Assembly (NCBI GenBank): GCA_024699425.1
Contig: JAILPP010000135.1
Span: 1 to 57,850 of the forward strand
Direction of reading: 5' to 3'
From: Oscillospiraceae bacterium
GTDB lineage: Bacteria; Bacillota; Clostridia; Oscillospirales; Ruminococcaceae
Length of the DNA stretch: 57,850 bases
The notes below the pieces were generated by a model. It saw nothing but the letters and a program-made list of their open reading frames with translations, was not told where the DNA came from and made no database searches. Positions within the stretch are counted from its first letter, which is position 1. The number at the start of each line of letters is the position of its first letter. Positions 9,294-18,232 of the stretch are shown one piece after another. A program made the translations under genes and the position numbers.

Positions 9294-10595
9294 TCACAGG
9301 ACGATGCCGAGGACGGCATCAAGCAGTTCCCAGCCGTCATTGGCAACGATGCGGATATGCGTCCGCAGGGCTTCTTCCACCTGCGGAATGGTGTAATCAT
9401 CGAGAAATACATCACTGTCACGGCGTATCATGGCGGTGGATAATAACAATTCCTCTCCGATGTCCGTATCTTTGAGCTGGGCAGTCAGATCTTGTCCGGT
9501 AATCAGTCCGGTCACGGTGATCGTTTCGCCGAAAAAGTCGTTCCGTATCGGAATGACCTGCACGGTCAGCCCCGGAAAAGCGGCTTCCGCTTCCCGCATC
9601 AGCGACTGCAAAAAGGAGAATGGTGATCTGCCCGTTGCGATCGTCACCTTGCGGGGGAGCTGTCCGGGTTCGGCACAGGTCAGGGCTTCGTGAAATTCGT
9701 CCGCAAGGGAACGCAGCATTCCGACGCCGTTTTCGTACTGCGGATATTCTTCGTAGTAGTCCGCCGACGGGATCTCCCGTCCGGCAAGCAGGAAAAATTC
9801 GTCCGAGGGAAATACTGCCCTTGTGCCGTGCTGCTGCATGAACTGCGCCTGATAACGTCCGATGATGTCCAGTGCCTGTGCAGCGGTTTCCGCTGTGAAC
9901 GTTGTCAGGGGATACAGCCCCTGACGGTATTTCGTGACACCAAGCGGCACGATGGCAACGCTTGTCAGGTGCGGGAGCATTTTGCCGAGGTCGGTCAGTG
10001 TGCGTTCGAGTTCGGGACCGTCATTCAGTCCGGGACAGAGAACGATCTGACAGTTGAGCTGAATGCCTGCTTTTGCCATCTGCCAGAGAAAGTCCAGCTT
10101 TTCGCCTGCAAAACGGTTCTGCATCATCTTGCAGCGCAGTTCCGGGTTGGTCGTATGTACCGAAACGTTGATGCCGAGGCGCATTTGGATAATGCGGTCA
10201 ACGTCCTCCTGTGTCATGTTTGTGAGAGTGACATAGTTGCCTTGCAGGAAGCTCAGGCGGGCATCATCGTCCTTGAAATAGAGCGTTTCCCGCATTCCCG
10301 GCGGGAGCTGGTCAATAAAACAGAATACGCATTTGTTGCGGCAGGACTGTTTTTTGTCCATCAGGAAACTTTCAAATTCCAGACCGATGTCGTCATATTC
10401 GTCTTTCTGAATGCGGACATTCCGCACATCGCCGCCGTGATCTATGGCGAGAATCACGTCCGTTTCGGCGGCGTAGAACATATAGTCCAGTACGTCACGC
10501 ACATTGTGTCCATTGATCGAGACGAGCCGTTCACCGGCTGTGATTCCCGCACGATCGGCGGGGGAGTGCGGGATGACGTTTGTGATCGGAACCAG
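9294..10595 (-). CDS. DUF512 (TIGR03279-like) PDZ + radical-SAM-related protein, probable CTG start
   Basis: Conserved body CRNKCVFCFIDQLPPGMR. The PDZ-like N-terminus ITNVIPHSPADRAGITAGERLVSINGH lies upstream of the first GTG (10502) with no ATG/GTG/TTG in frame. GGAGGAGG lies 9 nt upstream of the CTG at 10595. Confidence 0.7.
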   Translation of the reverse strand: MVPITNVIPHSPADRAGITAGERLVSINGHNVRDVLDYMFYAAETDVILAIDHGGDVRNVRIQKDEYDDIGLEFESFLMDKKQSCRNKCVFCFIDQLPPGMRETLYFKDDDARLSFLQGNYVTLTNMTQEDVDRIIQMRLGINVSVHTTNPELRCKMMQNRFAGEKLDFLWQMAKAGIQLNCQIVLCPGLNDGPELERTLTDLGKMLPHLTSVAIVPLGVTKYRQGLYPLTTFTAETAAQALDIIGRYQAQFMQQHGTRAVFPSDEFFLLAGREIPSADYYEEYPQYENGVGMLRSLADEFHEALTCAEPGQLPRKVTIATGRSPFSFLQSLMREAEAAFPGLTVQVIPIRNDFFGETITVTGLITGQDLTAQLKDTDIGEELLLSTAMIRRDSDVFLDDYTIPQVEEALRTHIRIVANDGWELLDAVLGIVL

Positions 10596-10624
10596 TGCGG
10601 CTCACCTCCTCCGATAAATCAGTC

Positions 10625-11200
10625 TTAATCTACGATCAGGTCGCCCTTCCCGATCAGATTCGCAGGATCAAATGTGGACGGGTCTTCGTCGGGGAGATAG
10701 ACAAAAGTATACTGCACGCTGCCCATGTCAGCAGTCGGGTTGCCGTTGGCATCGGGTTCGCCCATGACGTAAACGGTCGTATCATCCACGCCGCCCATGT
10801 GGAACGTTATGGCAATTTTGCTCTGCTCACAGGTGAAGCCGACACCCGAATCCCTGGTCAGAAATCTGCCGTTGTACGGGTCATCGAACACGAAGAACTT
10901 GTCCACATGACTGCCGTTTTCGTACATTTCATAGACACCTGTATCCAGCCAGAGGTATTCCGCATTGAGGTCGTCCTCCGCAGGAATGGCGGGAACGTCG
11001 GGTGCAGGCGGTGCTTCCGGAATGACTTCTTCCTCCTCGGAAACGACGGGCGCTGCCGGAACAGCAGCAGATTCCTGAATGACCGGAATTTCCGGAACAG
11101 CCGTTGTCGGTGCGGTTGTTTCGTCCGTGCTGGTGCTGACTGTGCCGCAGCCTGTCAGAAGGGCGGCGCATACCAGTGCGGGAAGTATTGCTTTTTTCAT
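10625..11200 (-). CDS. Hypothetical lipoprotein
   Basis: MKKAILPALVCAALLTGC lipobox followed by a P/A/E-rich linker. I recognise no family. Confidence 0.5.
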   Translation of the reverse strand: MKKAILPALVCAALLTGCGTVSTSTDETTAPTTAVPEIPVIQESAAVPAAPVVSEEEEVIPEAPPAPDVPAIPAEDDLNAEYLWLDTGVYEMYENGSHVDKFFVFDDPYNGRFLTRDSGVGFTCEQSKIAITFHMGGVDDTTVYVMGEPDANGNPTADMGSVQYTFVYLPDEDPSTFDPANLIGKGDLIVD

Positions 11201-11250
11201 AAATCCTTTTCTCCTTTTTGGGTTGGCTATTCTCAATGTTAAAACAAAAA

Positions 11251-12192
11251 TCAGTACATTCTTATCTTAGCAATCGTAGGAAGAGATCTGCCCTCTATCG
11301 GAGAATAATCATTCTCTTCCGGAACATCCCCAGCTCCTGCCATGTTCATTGCAGGATTGTCAGGGTTTACACCTATATCTGCTTCTTCCGATGGAACTTC
11401 AGAGGCAATCACGTTATTGTTGTTTGCATTTTCTGAAATCCACTCATCTATTGTCAGACTGCCGCCTGTTCCTCTGTACGCCGCATATTTCAGAATCAAA
11501 ACAGCATCTTTGGAATTAACTTGTCCATCCCCATTGACATCACCTGAACCGGCAGGAATAGCAGCCTTTGCAGCTTCAAGTTCTTCTTGGAGTTTGGCTA
11601 TTTGTAATTCCAATTCCTTTACTCGGTCACTTTGATTTTCAGTAGTTTGTTCGCTTGTCTGCGATGTGCCGGGAGAAACAGTGATTTTGTTTCCAAAAAC
11701 ATCAATTGTAGTTTCCTGAAATGTTTTCTTTGGAATGAGAGAAAATTCAAACAGTGTTCCGGATAGTAATTTATTGGAATCATTGTAGAGTGAAAAGGAA
11801 TATCCAATTGATTGAGAACCATAATTTGTTAATATCGTGAGATATTTTGATTGGGTTGTGAATGTATCCTCAATTTCTCCGTATATGCCGTCATCATACC
11901 AAAGAGTTCCCAATGAGAAAGTATCATAATAGCTTGTCCAATTATAGTTGTGCTGCCCCTTGATAGTCACACTTCCGTCGCTATAAACAGTTGCCGTATA
12001 TATCATATTGTCATATGATTTTGCATCTACAGTATAGCTTCCCGTCCAGCTATCACGCATTACTACCGTCTTATCGACAATGGTCGTACTTTGTTCTGCT
12101 GATGCAGGTAACATAATTCCTGCCACAGCCGCTGCTCCGGAAAATACCGCCACTGCAAGCATATTTACAGCCTTTGACGTAAACATATGCAT
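11251..12192 (-). CDS. Secreted hypothetical protein with a coiled-coil segment and a single dockerin-like EF-hand repeat (low-GC gene)
   Basis: Signal peptide ...AGIMLPASAEQ. Also RVKELELQIAKLQEELEAAKAA and GDVNGDGQVNSKDAVLILKY. GGAGG lies 10 nt upstream of the ATG at 12192. GC is about 40% by hand count. Confidence 0.6.
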   Translation of the reverse strand: MHMFTSKAVNMLAVAVFSGAAAVAGIMLPASAEQSTTIVDKTVVMRDSWTGSYTVDAKSYDNMIYTATVYSDGSVTIKGQHNYNWTSYYDTFSLGTLWYDDGIYGEIEDTFTTQSKYLTILTNYGSQSIGYSFSLYNDSNKLLSGTLFEFSLIPKKTFQETTIDVFGNKITVSPGTSQTSEQTTENQSDRVKELELQIAKLQEELEAAKAAIPAGSGDVNGDGQVNSKDAVLILKYAAYRGTGGSLTIDEWISENANNNNVIASEVPSEEADIGVNPDNPAMNMAGAGDVPEENDYSPIEGRSLPTIAKIRMY

Positions 12193-12214
12193 TATATTTC
12201 GTCCTCCTTTATCT

Positions 12215-12256
12215 GAAAACAAACAGCGGAGAAAGGTTTCCCTCTCTCCGCCGCTG
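12215..12256 (-). terminator. Rho-independent terminator after rpmF
   Basis: The minus strand reads CAGCGGCGGAGAGAGG-gaaa-CCTTTCTCCGCTG followed by TTTGTTTTC. Confidence 0.6.
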
Positions 12257-12265
12257 CAATCTTGC

Positions 12266-12451
12266 TTATTCAGCGTCGATCTTCAGAACCTCAACGCCCT
12301 TATAGAAACCGCAGTTCTTGCAAACCTTGTGCGGAGCCTTGAAAGCGCCGCAGCGATCGCATTTGCTCATAGCCGGAACTTCCAGCTTCCATACTGCGCT
12401 GCGTCTCTTGTTCTTTCTTGCCTTGGATGTTTTTCTCTTCGGTACTGCCAT
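12266..12451 (-). CDS. rpmF: 50S ribosomal protein L32
   Basis: [17 protein letters not shown]... with a CDRCG...CKNCG zinc ribbon. Confidence 0.93.
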   Translation of the reverse strand: MAVPKRKTSKARKNKRRSAVWKLEVPAMSKCDRCGAFKAPHKVCKNCGFYKGVEVLKIDAE

Positions 12452-12508
12452 TGTTGGCACCTCCTTCTCCCAATTCAGTACAACCCCGGCTTATCACCGG
12501 AGATGATC

Positions 12509-12961
12509 TCAGATTACGTGACCGCAGTCTGTCTCGTTCCGATCGCAGCCGCACACGGGGCAAAGCCCTTTGCAGTCCTCACGGCACAGCATCTTGCTCG
12601 GCAGCTCCAGCAGAAGATCTGTCAGAGCCGTTTCCTCCGGATCAATGCAGTCGGATCGGGCAATGATGTAGCCCTCCGCCTCATCTTCCGATTCCAGGCG
12701 GCGCACGATGGTGTGAGTCTCCTCATACGAGAAATCCTGCACTGTCTCTTTGAGACAGCGGTCACACGTTACCGCTAAGGAAAATGTGATCTGCATACCC
12801 AATGTCACAAGTCCTGCATGATTCTCCACAGTACCCGCCACATGAACAGGTGATGCGAATGTCACAGATCTGACTTCGTCCAGAACCTCCTGCGCTATGC
12901 AGAAATCCAGATCGAGTTTCGTGCCCGGTACATTCAGGATGCGTTTGATATCCAACCGCAT
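12509..12961 (-). CDS. yceD: YceD/DUF177 family protein
   Basis: C-terminal CREDCKGLCPVCGCDRN motif. It is located directly upstream of rpmF, which is the classic arrangement. Confidence 0.8.
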   Translation of the reverse strand: MRLDIKRILNVPGTKLDLDFCIAQEVLDEVRSVTFASPVHVAGTVENHAGLVTLGMQITFSLAVTCDRCLKETVQDFSYEETHTIVRRLESEDEAEGYIIARSDCIDPEETALTDLLLELPSKMLCREDCKGLCPVCGCDRNETDCGHVI

Positions 12962-12996
12962 ATGCAGACACCTCCCTGTAAAGCATCACAAATTAT

Positions 12997-13025
12997 ATTA
13001 TAACGAATATTCGGCAATTTGTCAA
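12997..13025 (-). promoter_or_regulatory. Promoter of yceD-rpmF
   Basis: Minus strand TTGACA (13025-13020), 17-nt spacer, TATAAT (13002-12997). Confidence 0.55.
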
Positions 13026-13054
13026 GCCCTTTTGTAACATTTTCGGAAAAATAG

Positions 13055-13088
13055 CCGAAAGCTGTGACATAATTGCCCCAGCTTTCGG
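13055..13088 (-). terminator. Terminator after the P-loop mini-protein gene
   Basis: CCGAAAGCTG / CAGCTTTCGG form a 10-bp stem with a 14-nt loop. On the minus strand it is followed by ctattttt. Confidence 0.55.
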
Positions 13089-13109
13089 AAATTCACGCAG
13101 TCTGTAGAA

Positions 13110-13514
13110 TTACAGATACTTGGTTACGCTTGCTGGCAGTTCGCTGTTGTCAGCGGATACCGTGAAGGTCAGGAGCGTGTCCTTGCCTGTCAGGGTGTCC
13201 AGCTTGCCGAGCATTGCGCCCAGCTCGTCAAAATCTGCGCCGCCGATTTTCAGAATGCCGTCAACGAAGATCTCCTTGATGTCATAGTTGCCTGCCAGCA
13301 TTCCTGCGATGAAGCCGTAGAAATTATCATAGCCTGCAATGTCGAACTGCTCAACGCCCACCCAGCGAACCTTGTAGCTGATGGAACGGCGCAGTGTCTC
13401 GCCCTTTTCTACACAAACGAGATCACCGTTTGTCTCTGCTACTGCGGTGTTGATGAGGTCGATCAGAGTCTTGGTTTTACCGGAACCCTTTCTTCCTGTG
13501 ATAAGTTTAATCAT
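13110..13514 (-). CDS. Small P-loop (Walker A only) protein, function unknown
   Basis: 134 aa, MIKLITGRKGSGKTKTLIDL. AGGAG RBS. It lies 47 nt downstream of pgi with only a weak hairpin between them. Confidence 0.5.
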   Translation of the reverse strand: MIKLITGRKGSGKTKTLIDLINTAVAETNGDLVCVEKGETLRRSISYKVRWVGVEQFDIAGYDNFYGFIAGMLAGNYDIKEIFVDGILKIGGADFDELGAMLGKLDTLTGKDTLLTFTVSADNSELPASVTKYL

Positions 13515-13561
13515 GATGATTTTCTCCTTTCAAGCCCCTTGGGGCATTGGTGTTTTGGTAA

Positions 13562-14899
13562 TCAGCAGCCGAGCTTCTTTTCCAGCTCTGCCTTTGCGCC
13601 CTCATAGCCGGGCTTGCCCAGAAGTGCGAACATATTCTTCTTGTAGCTCTCCACACCGGGCTGGTTGAACGGATTTACGCCCAGTGTGTAGCCCGATACG
13701 GCACAAGCCTTCTCAAAGAAGTAGATCAGGTAGCCGAGGCTGTACTCGGTGCAGTCGGCAAGCTCGATCAGGATCTGCGGCACACCGCCCTCGGTGTGAG
13801 CCAGAATCGTGCCCTGCTGCGCTCTGCGGTTGACAACGGACATATTCTGCCCGCAGAGGAAGTTCAGCCCGTCAAGGTTTGCCTCGTCCTTTTCCAGATA
13901 GAAGTCCTGCTTGGGCTTCTGAATGTCAACGACAGTCTCAAACATGAGGCGGGAACCCTGCTGGATGTACTGACCCATGGAATGCAGGTCGGTCGAGAAG
14001 ATCACGGATGTCGGGAGCAGACCCTTGTTGTCCTTGCCCTCGGATTCGCCGAACAACTGCTTGTACCACTCGTTCATCATCGCGAATGCGGGATCATAAG
14101 CGACCAGCATCTCGGCAGACTTGCCCTTGCGGTAGAAGATGTTGCGCAGTGCAGCGTACTTGTAGCAGTCGTTGTTGTCAAAGTCAGCCGTGTAAGCCTT
14201 CTGTGCAGCGGCAGCGCCTTCCATGAGCTTGTCAATGTCACAGCCTGCAACGGCGATCGGCAGCAGTCCGACTGCGGTCAGAACGGAGAAACGTCCGCCG
14301 ACATCGTCCGGAACGACAAATGTCTCATAGCCCTCGGTGTCGGAAAGCTCCTTGAGAGTGCCATTTGCCTTGTCGGTGGTGGCGAAGATGTGATTCTTTG
14401 CCTCCTCCTTGCCGTACTTGTCCTCAACGAGTTTCTTAAATACACGGAAAGCAAGTGCGGGTTCGGTCGTTGTGCCGGACTTGGAAATGACATTCACGGA
14501 AATATCTCTGCCCTCGCAGATGGAAATGACTTCATTTAGGGAAGTCGGGTTGATGTTGTTGCCGACGTAGTAGATATCCGGTGTGTCCTTCTTCATGTTG
14601 TTGTAGAACGGGCTTTTGAGAAATTCGATCGCAGCTCTTGCGCCGAGATACGAGCCGCCGATGCCGATGACGATCAGCACATCGGAATTGCTCTGAATCT
14701 TCTTTGCCGCTGCCTTGATGCGGGCAAACTCCTCCTTGTCATAGCCGGTCGGAAGGTCGAGCCAGCCGAGAAAATCGCTGCCGAGACCTGTGCGGCTCTC
14801 CAGCGTTTTCACTGCTGTTTCGATCTGCGGTCTGATGCCGACCATATCTTCCTCGGTGACAAAGCTGCCGAGGTAACTTGTGTTCAGGGTAACTGCCAT
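13562..14899 (-). CDS. pgi: Glucose-6-phosphate isomerase
   Basis: 445 aa Firmicute-type PGI ([26 protein letters not shown], ...FNQPGVE). Confidence 0.93.
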   Translation of the reverse strand: MAVTLNTSYLGSFVTEEDMVGIRPQIETAVKTLESRTGLGSDFLGWLDLPTGYDKEEFARIKAAAKKIQSNSDVLIVIGIGGSYLGARAAIEFLKSPFYNNMKKDTPDIYYVGNNINPTSLNEVISICEGRDISVNVISKSGTTTEPALAFRVFKKLVEDKYGKEEAKNHIFATTDKANGTLKELSDTEGYETFVVPDDVGGRFSVLTAVGLLPIAVAGCDIDKLMEGAAAAQKAYTADFDNNDCYKYAALRNIFYRKGKSAEMLVAYDPAFAMMNEWYKQLFGESEGKDNKGLLPTSVIFSTDLHSMGQYIQQGSRLMFETVVDIQKPKQDFYLEKDEANLDGLNFLCGQNMSVVNRRAQQGTILAHTEGGVPQILIELADCTEYSLGYLIYFFEKACAVSGYTLGVNPFNQPGVESYKKNMFALLGKPGYEGAKAELEKKLGC

Positions 14900-14938
14900 A
14901 ATTTTTGCGCCTCCGGAAAATAATTAGAATACAGTACT

Positions 14939-14967
14939 ATCATACTATAAAATCAGAAATTTTGCAA
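14939..14967 (-). promoter_or_regulatory. Promoter of pgi
   Basis: Minus strand TTGCAA, 17-nt spacer, TATGAT. Confidence 0.5.
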
Positions 14968-15104
14968 GCATATTATGTCACTTCTCCACAAAATTGTGAA
15001 AAGCAGACAATTTTTACCATGAATATTTATAAATTTTGACGTTGTGATTCTATTTCTCCCTGTCGTTGCATAGAATCTATCGGACTGACAAGGGGGGAAT
15101 GCAT

Positions 15105-16214
15105 ATGCGAAAATGGTTTGCGATCCTGTGCAGTGTACTGCTGCTTTCGGCAGTACCGCTGCCTGTTTCAGCGGAACAGCAGCCTGCTGTACTGCTCATC
15201 GAAGCGAATACGGGCTGCATTTTATCGGAAGAATCCGCCGATGTGATAGTACAGCCGGGCAGTTTTTCCAAGCTCATGACCGCCCTGCTGACTGCACAGG
15301 CGATGGAACGGGGCGAACTTACGGCAGACACGCTCCTGACTGCCGGAGAGAGCGTCCGCGGAATGCGGGGGGCAGTCATCTGGCTTGAACCGGGGGATTC
15401 TCTCCGCACAGAGGAACTGCTCACGGCACTTCTCGTCGGCAATGCGGGTGATGCCGCCGCTGTGCTTGCGGACAGCATTTCCGGCAGTGCGGAACAATTT
15501 GTCATGGATATGAACGCCGCCGCATTCGATCTCGGAATGCGGGACACACACTTTACTTCGCCGCAGGGATTTGACGATCCCGGTTCCTTTACCACGGCGC
15601 ATGATCTCGGACTGCTTGCCTGTGCGGTTCTGCGCTGCGGTCTGCTGACCTCTTATCTTACAACGTGGCGGACATTTGTCAAGGACGGGGCAGTGGAACT
15701 CGTCAATGAAAATTCCCTCACCCGTACTTATGACGGCTGTCGGGGCGTGAAGGCATCTCATGCGGACGGGCGGTATTCGCTCATTGCTGCCGCACAGCGT
15801 AACGGTATGCTTCTCTGCGCGGTCGTGCTGGACTGCGGCGATTCCGATCAGCGGTTTTCGCTTGCGAAGGAGCTTCTGAAAAAAGGCTTTTCAGGTTACA
15901 AGCTATCGGCTCCGGGCTATTCGGAAGAATTTCTTCTTCCGCTGCGGGTGCGGGGCGGTACGGAACAGGCGGTGCTGCTGCAATTGTCACAGCTTCCTGT
16001 GCTGGCAGTGCCGCAGAAGGCGGAACTTTCCTCCGTGACGGTGCTGCCCGAATTCCGACAAGCTCCCGTTCTGAAAGGGACGAAGGTCGGGCAGGTGTAT
16101 TTCTATCACGAAGATACGCTCCTTGCAGAGGCAGAACTGGTCGCTGCGGACGATGTGCGGGAAATGCGCTTTGCAGATGCGTGGGCAAAAATGCGGCATT
16201 TTCTCTTTTCGTGA
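15105..16214 (+). CDS. Serine-type D-Ala-D-Ala carboxypeptidase (peptidase S11, PBP5/DacB-like)
   Basis: Signal peptide MRKWFAILCSVLLLSAVPLPVSA and an SFSKLMT (SxxK) active-site motif. Confidence 0.8.
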   Translation: MRKWFAILCSVLLLSAVPLPVSAEQQPAVLLIEANTGCILSEESADVIVQPGSFSKLMTALLTAQAMERGELTADTLLTAGESVRGMRGAVIWLEPGDSLRTEELLTALLVGNAGDAAAVLADSISGSAEQFVMDMNAAAFDLGMRDTHFTSPQGFDDPGSFTTAHDLGLLACAVLRCGLLTSYLTTWRTFVKDGAVELVNENSLTRTYDGCRGVKASHADGRYSLIAAAQRNGMLLCAVVLDCGDSDQRFSLAKELLKKGFSGYKLSAPGYSEEFLLPLRVRGGTEQAVLLQLSQLPVLAVPQKAELSSVTVLPEFRQAPVLKGTKVGQVYFYHEDTLLAEAELVAADDVREMRFADAWAKMRHFLFS

Positions 16215-16233
16215 CACAGAAAGCGCACGAAAA

Positions 16234-16259
16234 AGCCGGACACTCTGCTGTGCCCGGCT
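16234..16259. terminator. Hairpin between convergent genes (terminator mainly for the minus-strand HPr-like gene)
   Basis: AGCCGGACAC-tctgct-GTGCCCGGCT. The A-run on the plus side gives a T-run on the minus strand. Confidence 0.5.
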
Positions 16260-16306
16260 CTCTTGCAAAACATCAAAATTTCTCTCTAATCACGGAACTC
16301 TGTAAA

Positions 16307-16537
16307 TTACTTTACAATGAAGCTGTCAATTGCCTCAAACAGTTTCTCAGCATCCTCGGTGTGCGCACGAAGCTCGATGGGCTTGGACAGATCCAGACTG
16401 AAGATACCCATTATGGACTTCGCATCAACAGCATATCTGCCGGAAACAAGGTCGATGTCATAGTCGAAATGCATGATGATGTTCACAAAGTTCTTGACAT
16501 CGTCGATCTGGTTCAGACGTACAGTAGTTGTTGTCAT
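16307..16537 (-). CDS. HPr-family-like small protein lacking the His15 site
   Basis: 76 aa. VDAKSIMGIFSL matches the HPr Ser46 region (LKSIMGVMSL), but the GIHARPA His15 motif is absent. Confidence 0.65.
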   Translation of the reverse strand: MTTTTVRLNQIDDVKNFVNIIMHFDYDIDLVSGRYAVDAKSIMGIFSLDLSKPIELRAHTEDAEKLFEAIDSFIVK

Positions 16538-16807
16538 ACAATTACCTCCCTACGTTCGTTCGGGCATCTCCGGAGCTGTTCTCCAAGAGATCCCACTTCT
16601 TTTTTCCTTGTGTACGGCTTTTTCAACCGCAACTATAGCATACCACGAAATTCAGCCATTGTCAAGGGGCTTGCAATATTTTCGGCGTTTTGGTATAATA
16701 GAATGTGCGGGTTTTCAAAATTTTATACAAGCTGATGCCGGTCTATGACAGAAATATGCTCTGCAATAGTATTATTTTTACCGTATCGGCAGGAAAGGAC
16801 TCTTCCT

Positions 16808-18103
16808 ATGCAAGCCTATTTTTACACCCTCGGATGCAAGGTCAATACCGTCGAGACGGGCAGTATGGCTGCCCTTCTGCAACAGAACGGCTACACGCTT
16901 TCCGATACGCCCGAACAGGCAGATGTCATTGTTCTCAACTCCTGCACAGTCACAGCTTCGGGAGATTCCCGTATGCTCAAAGCCCTCCGCCGTCTGCGGG
17001 TGGCTGCACCTCATGCCGTCATCGTGCTGACCGGGTGCTATGTGCAGGCGTTTCCCGATGAAGCGGCAAAACTCCCCGAAGCGGATATTCTCCTCGGTAC
17101 TGCAAACAGATCGGCACTTTGCACTATTTTGACCTCGTATTTGCAGAATCCGCACCGCATGATGCTGATGAAACCGTTTACAAAAGACGATGCGTTCGAG
17201 TCGCTTCCGCTGGGGGCTGATGCGCTTCATACACGGGCATTTCTCAAAATTCAGGACGGGTGTGACCGATTCTGTACTTATTGTATTATCCCCTATGCAC
17301 GGGGGCGGAGTCGTTCGCAGGAGATCGGGGAAGTGCGGCGGGAGGCGGAAACGCTCTTTGCGGCGGGGTTTCGGGAGATCGTGCTTTGTGGCATCAATCT
17401 TGCCTGTTATGCCTCCGATGGGGCTGACCTTGCGGATGTGGTGCGGGTCTGCGCTGAGATCGGATTTCCCCGTGTGCGGCTCGGTTCGCTCGAACCTGAC
17501 GGGCTGACTCCCGATGTGCTTGACAGGATTGCCGATGTTCCCGCACTTTGTCCGCAGTTTCACATTTCCGTGCAAAGCGGGTGCGACCGTATCCTCAAAG
17601 CCATGCACCGACACTATTCCTGTGCGGAATTTGAGACACTCGCCGCAGAGATCCGCAAACGCTTTCCCAATGCGGCGCTTACAACCGATATTATGACGGG
17701 TTTTCCGGGCGAGACGGACGAAGACCACGCCGAAACGATGGAATTTGTACAGCGGGTGCGGTTTGCACAGATGCACGTATTCCGCTATTCGCCCAGACCC
17801 AGCACAAAGGCGGCAGATGCGCCCTGTCAGGTTCCCGAACGTGTCAAGAAACTGCGTGCCGATGCGCTGGCGGAACTCGGCGTACAGATGCGGACGGCGT
17901 TTCTGGAAAGCTGTGTCGGACGTACCGTGAACGTGCTGTTTGAACGGGAACGGGGAAGCGGCTTTCATCAGGGTCATGCGGAAAATTATGCCTCTGTGCG
18001 TGTTCCCGATATTGACGGCGAAAGCCGACGGGGGCGTATCCTCCCCGTGAAGATCACGGGCGTGACGGAAGGCGGACTTGTCGGAGAAATAGACGGACTT
18101 TGA
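16808..18103 (+). CDS. mtaB: tRNA t6A37 methylthiotransferase MtaB
   Basis: Starts MQAYFYTLGCKVN, carries the CDRFCTYC radical-SAM motif and a TRAM-like C-terminus. The promoter TTGCAA-17-TATAAT is at 16671-16699. Confidence 0.88.
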   Translation: MQAYFYTLGCKVNTVETGSMAALLQQNGYTLSDTPEQADVIVLNSCTVTASGDSRMLKALRRLRVAAPHAVIVLTGCYVQAFPDEAAKLPEADILLGTANRSALCTILTSYLQNPHRMMLMKPFTKDDAFESLPLGADALHTRAFLKIQDGCDRFCTYCIIPYARGRSRSQEIGEVRREAETLFAAGFREIVLCGINLACYASDGADLADVVRVCAEIGFPRVRLGSLEPDGLTPDVLDRIADVPALCPQFHISVQSGCDRILKAMHRHYSCAEFETLAAEIRKRFPNAALTTDIMTGFPGETDEDHAETMEFVQRVRFAQMHVFRYSPRPSTKAADAPCQVPERVKKLRADALAELGVQMRTAFLESCVGRTVNVLFERERGSGFHQGHAENYASVRVPDIDGESRRGRILPVKITGVTEGGLVGEIDGL

Positions 18104-18133
18104 TTTTGAAACGAAAATTTTCAGAATTCCCCC

Positions 18134-18162
18134 TTGACAAACAGGGGGAATCGTGCTATAAT
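18134..18162 (+). promoter_or_regulatory. Consensus sigma-A promoter of the P-type ATPase gene
   Basis: TTGACA (18134-18139), 17-nt spacer, TATAAT (18157-18162). Confidence 0.6.
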
Positions 18163-18166
18163 ATAT

Positions 18167-18190
18167 TTGAACATTTATTCAAGTGTTCAA
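18167..18190. promoter_or_regulatory. Perfect inverted repeat TTGAACA-N10-TGTTCAA at the transcription start (candidate metal-sensor operator)
   Basis: Read directly from the sequence. It begins 5 nt downstream of the -10 element. Confidence 0.4.
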
Positions 18191-18232
18191 ACATTGAAAA
18201 TGATATTCATATTCAGTTCCGGAGGGGATTTT

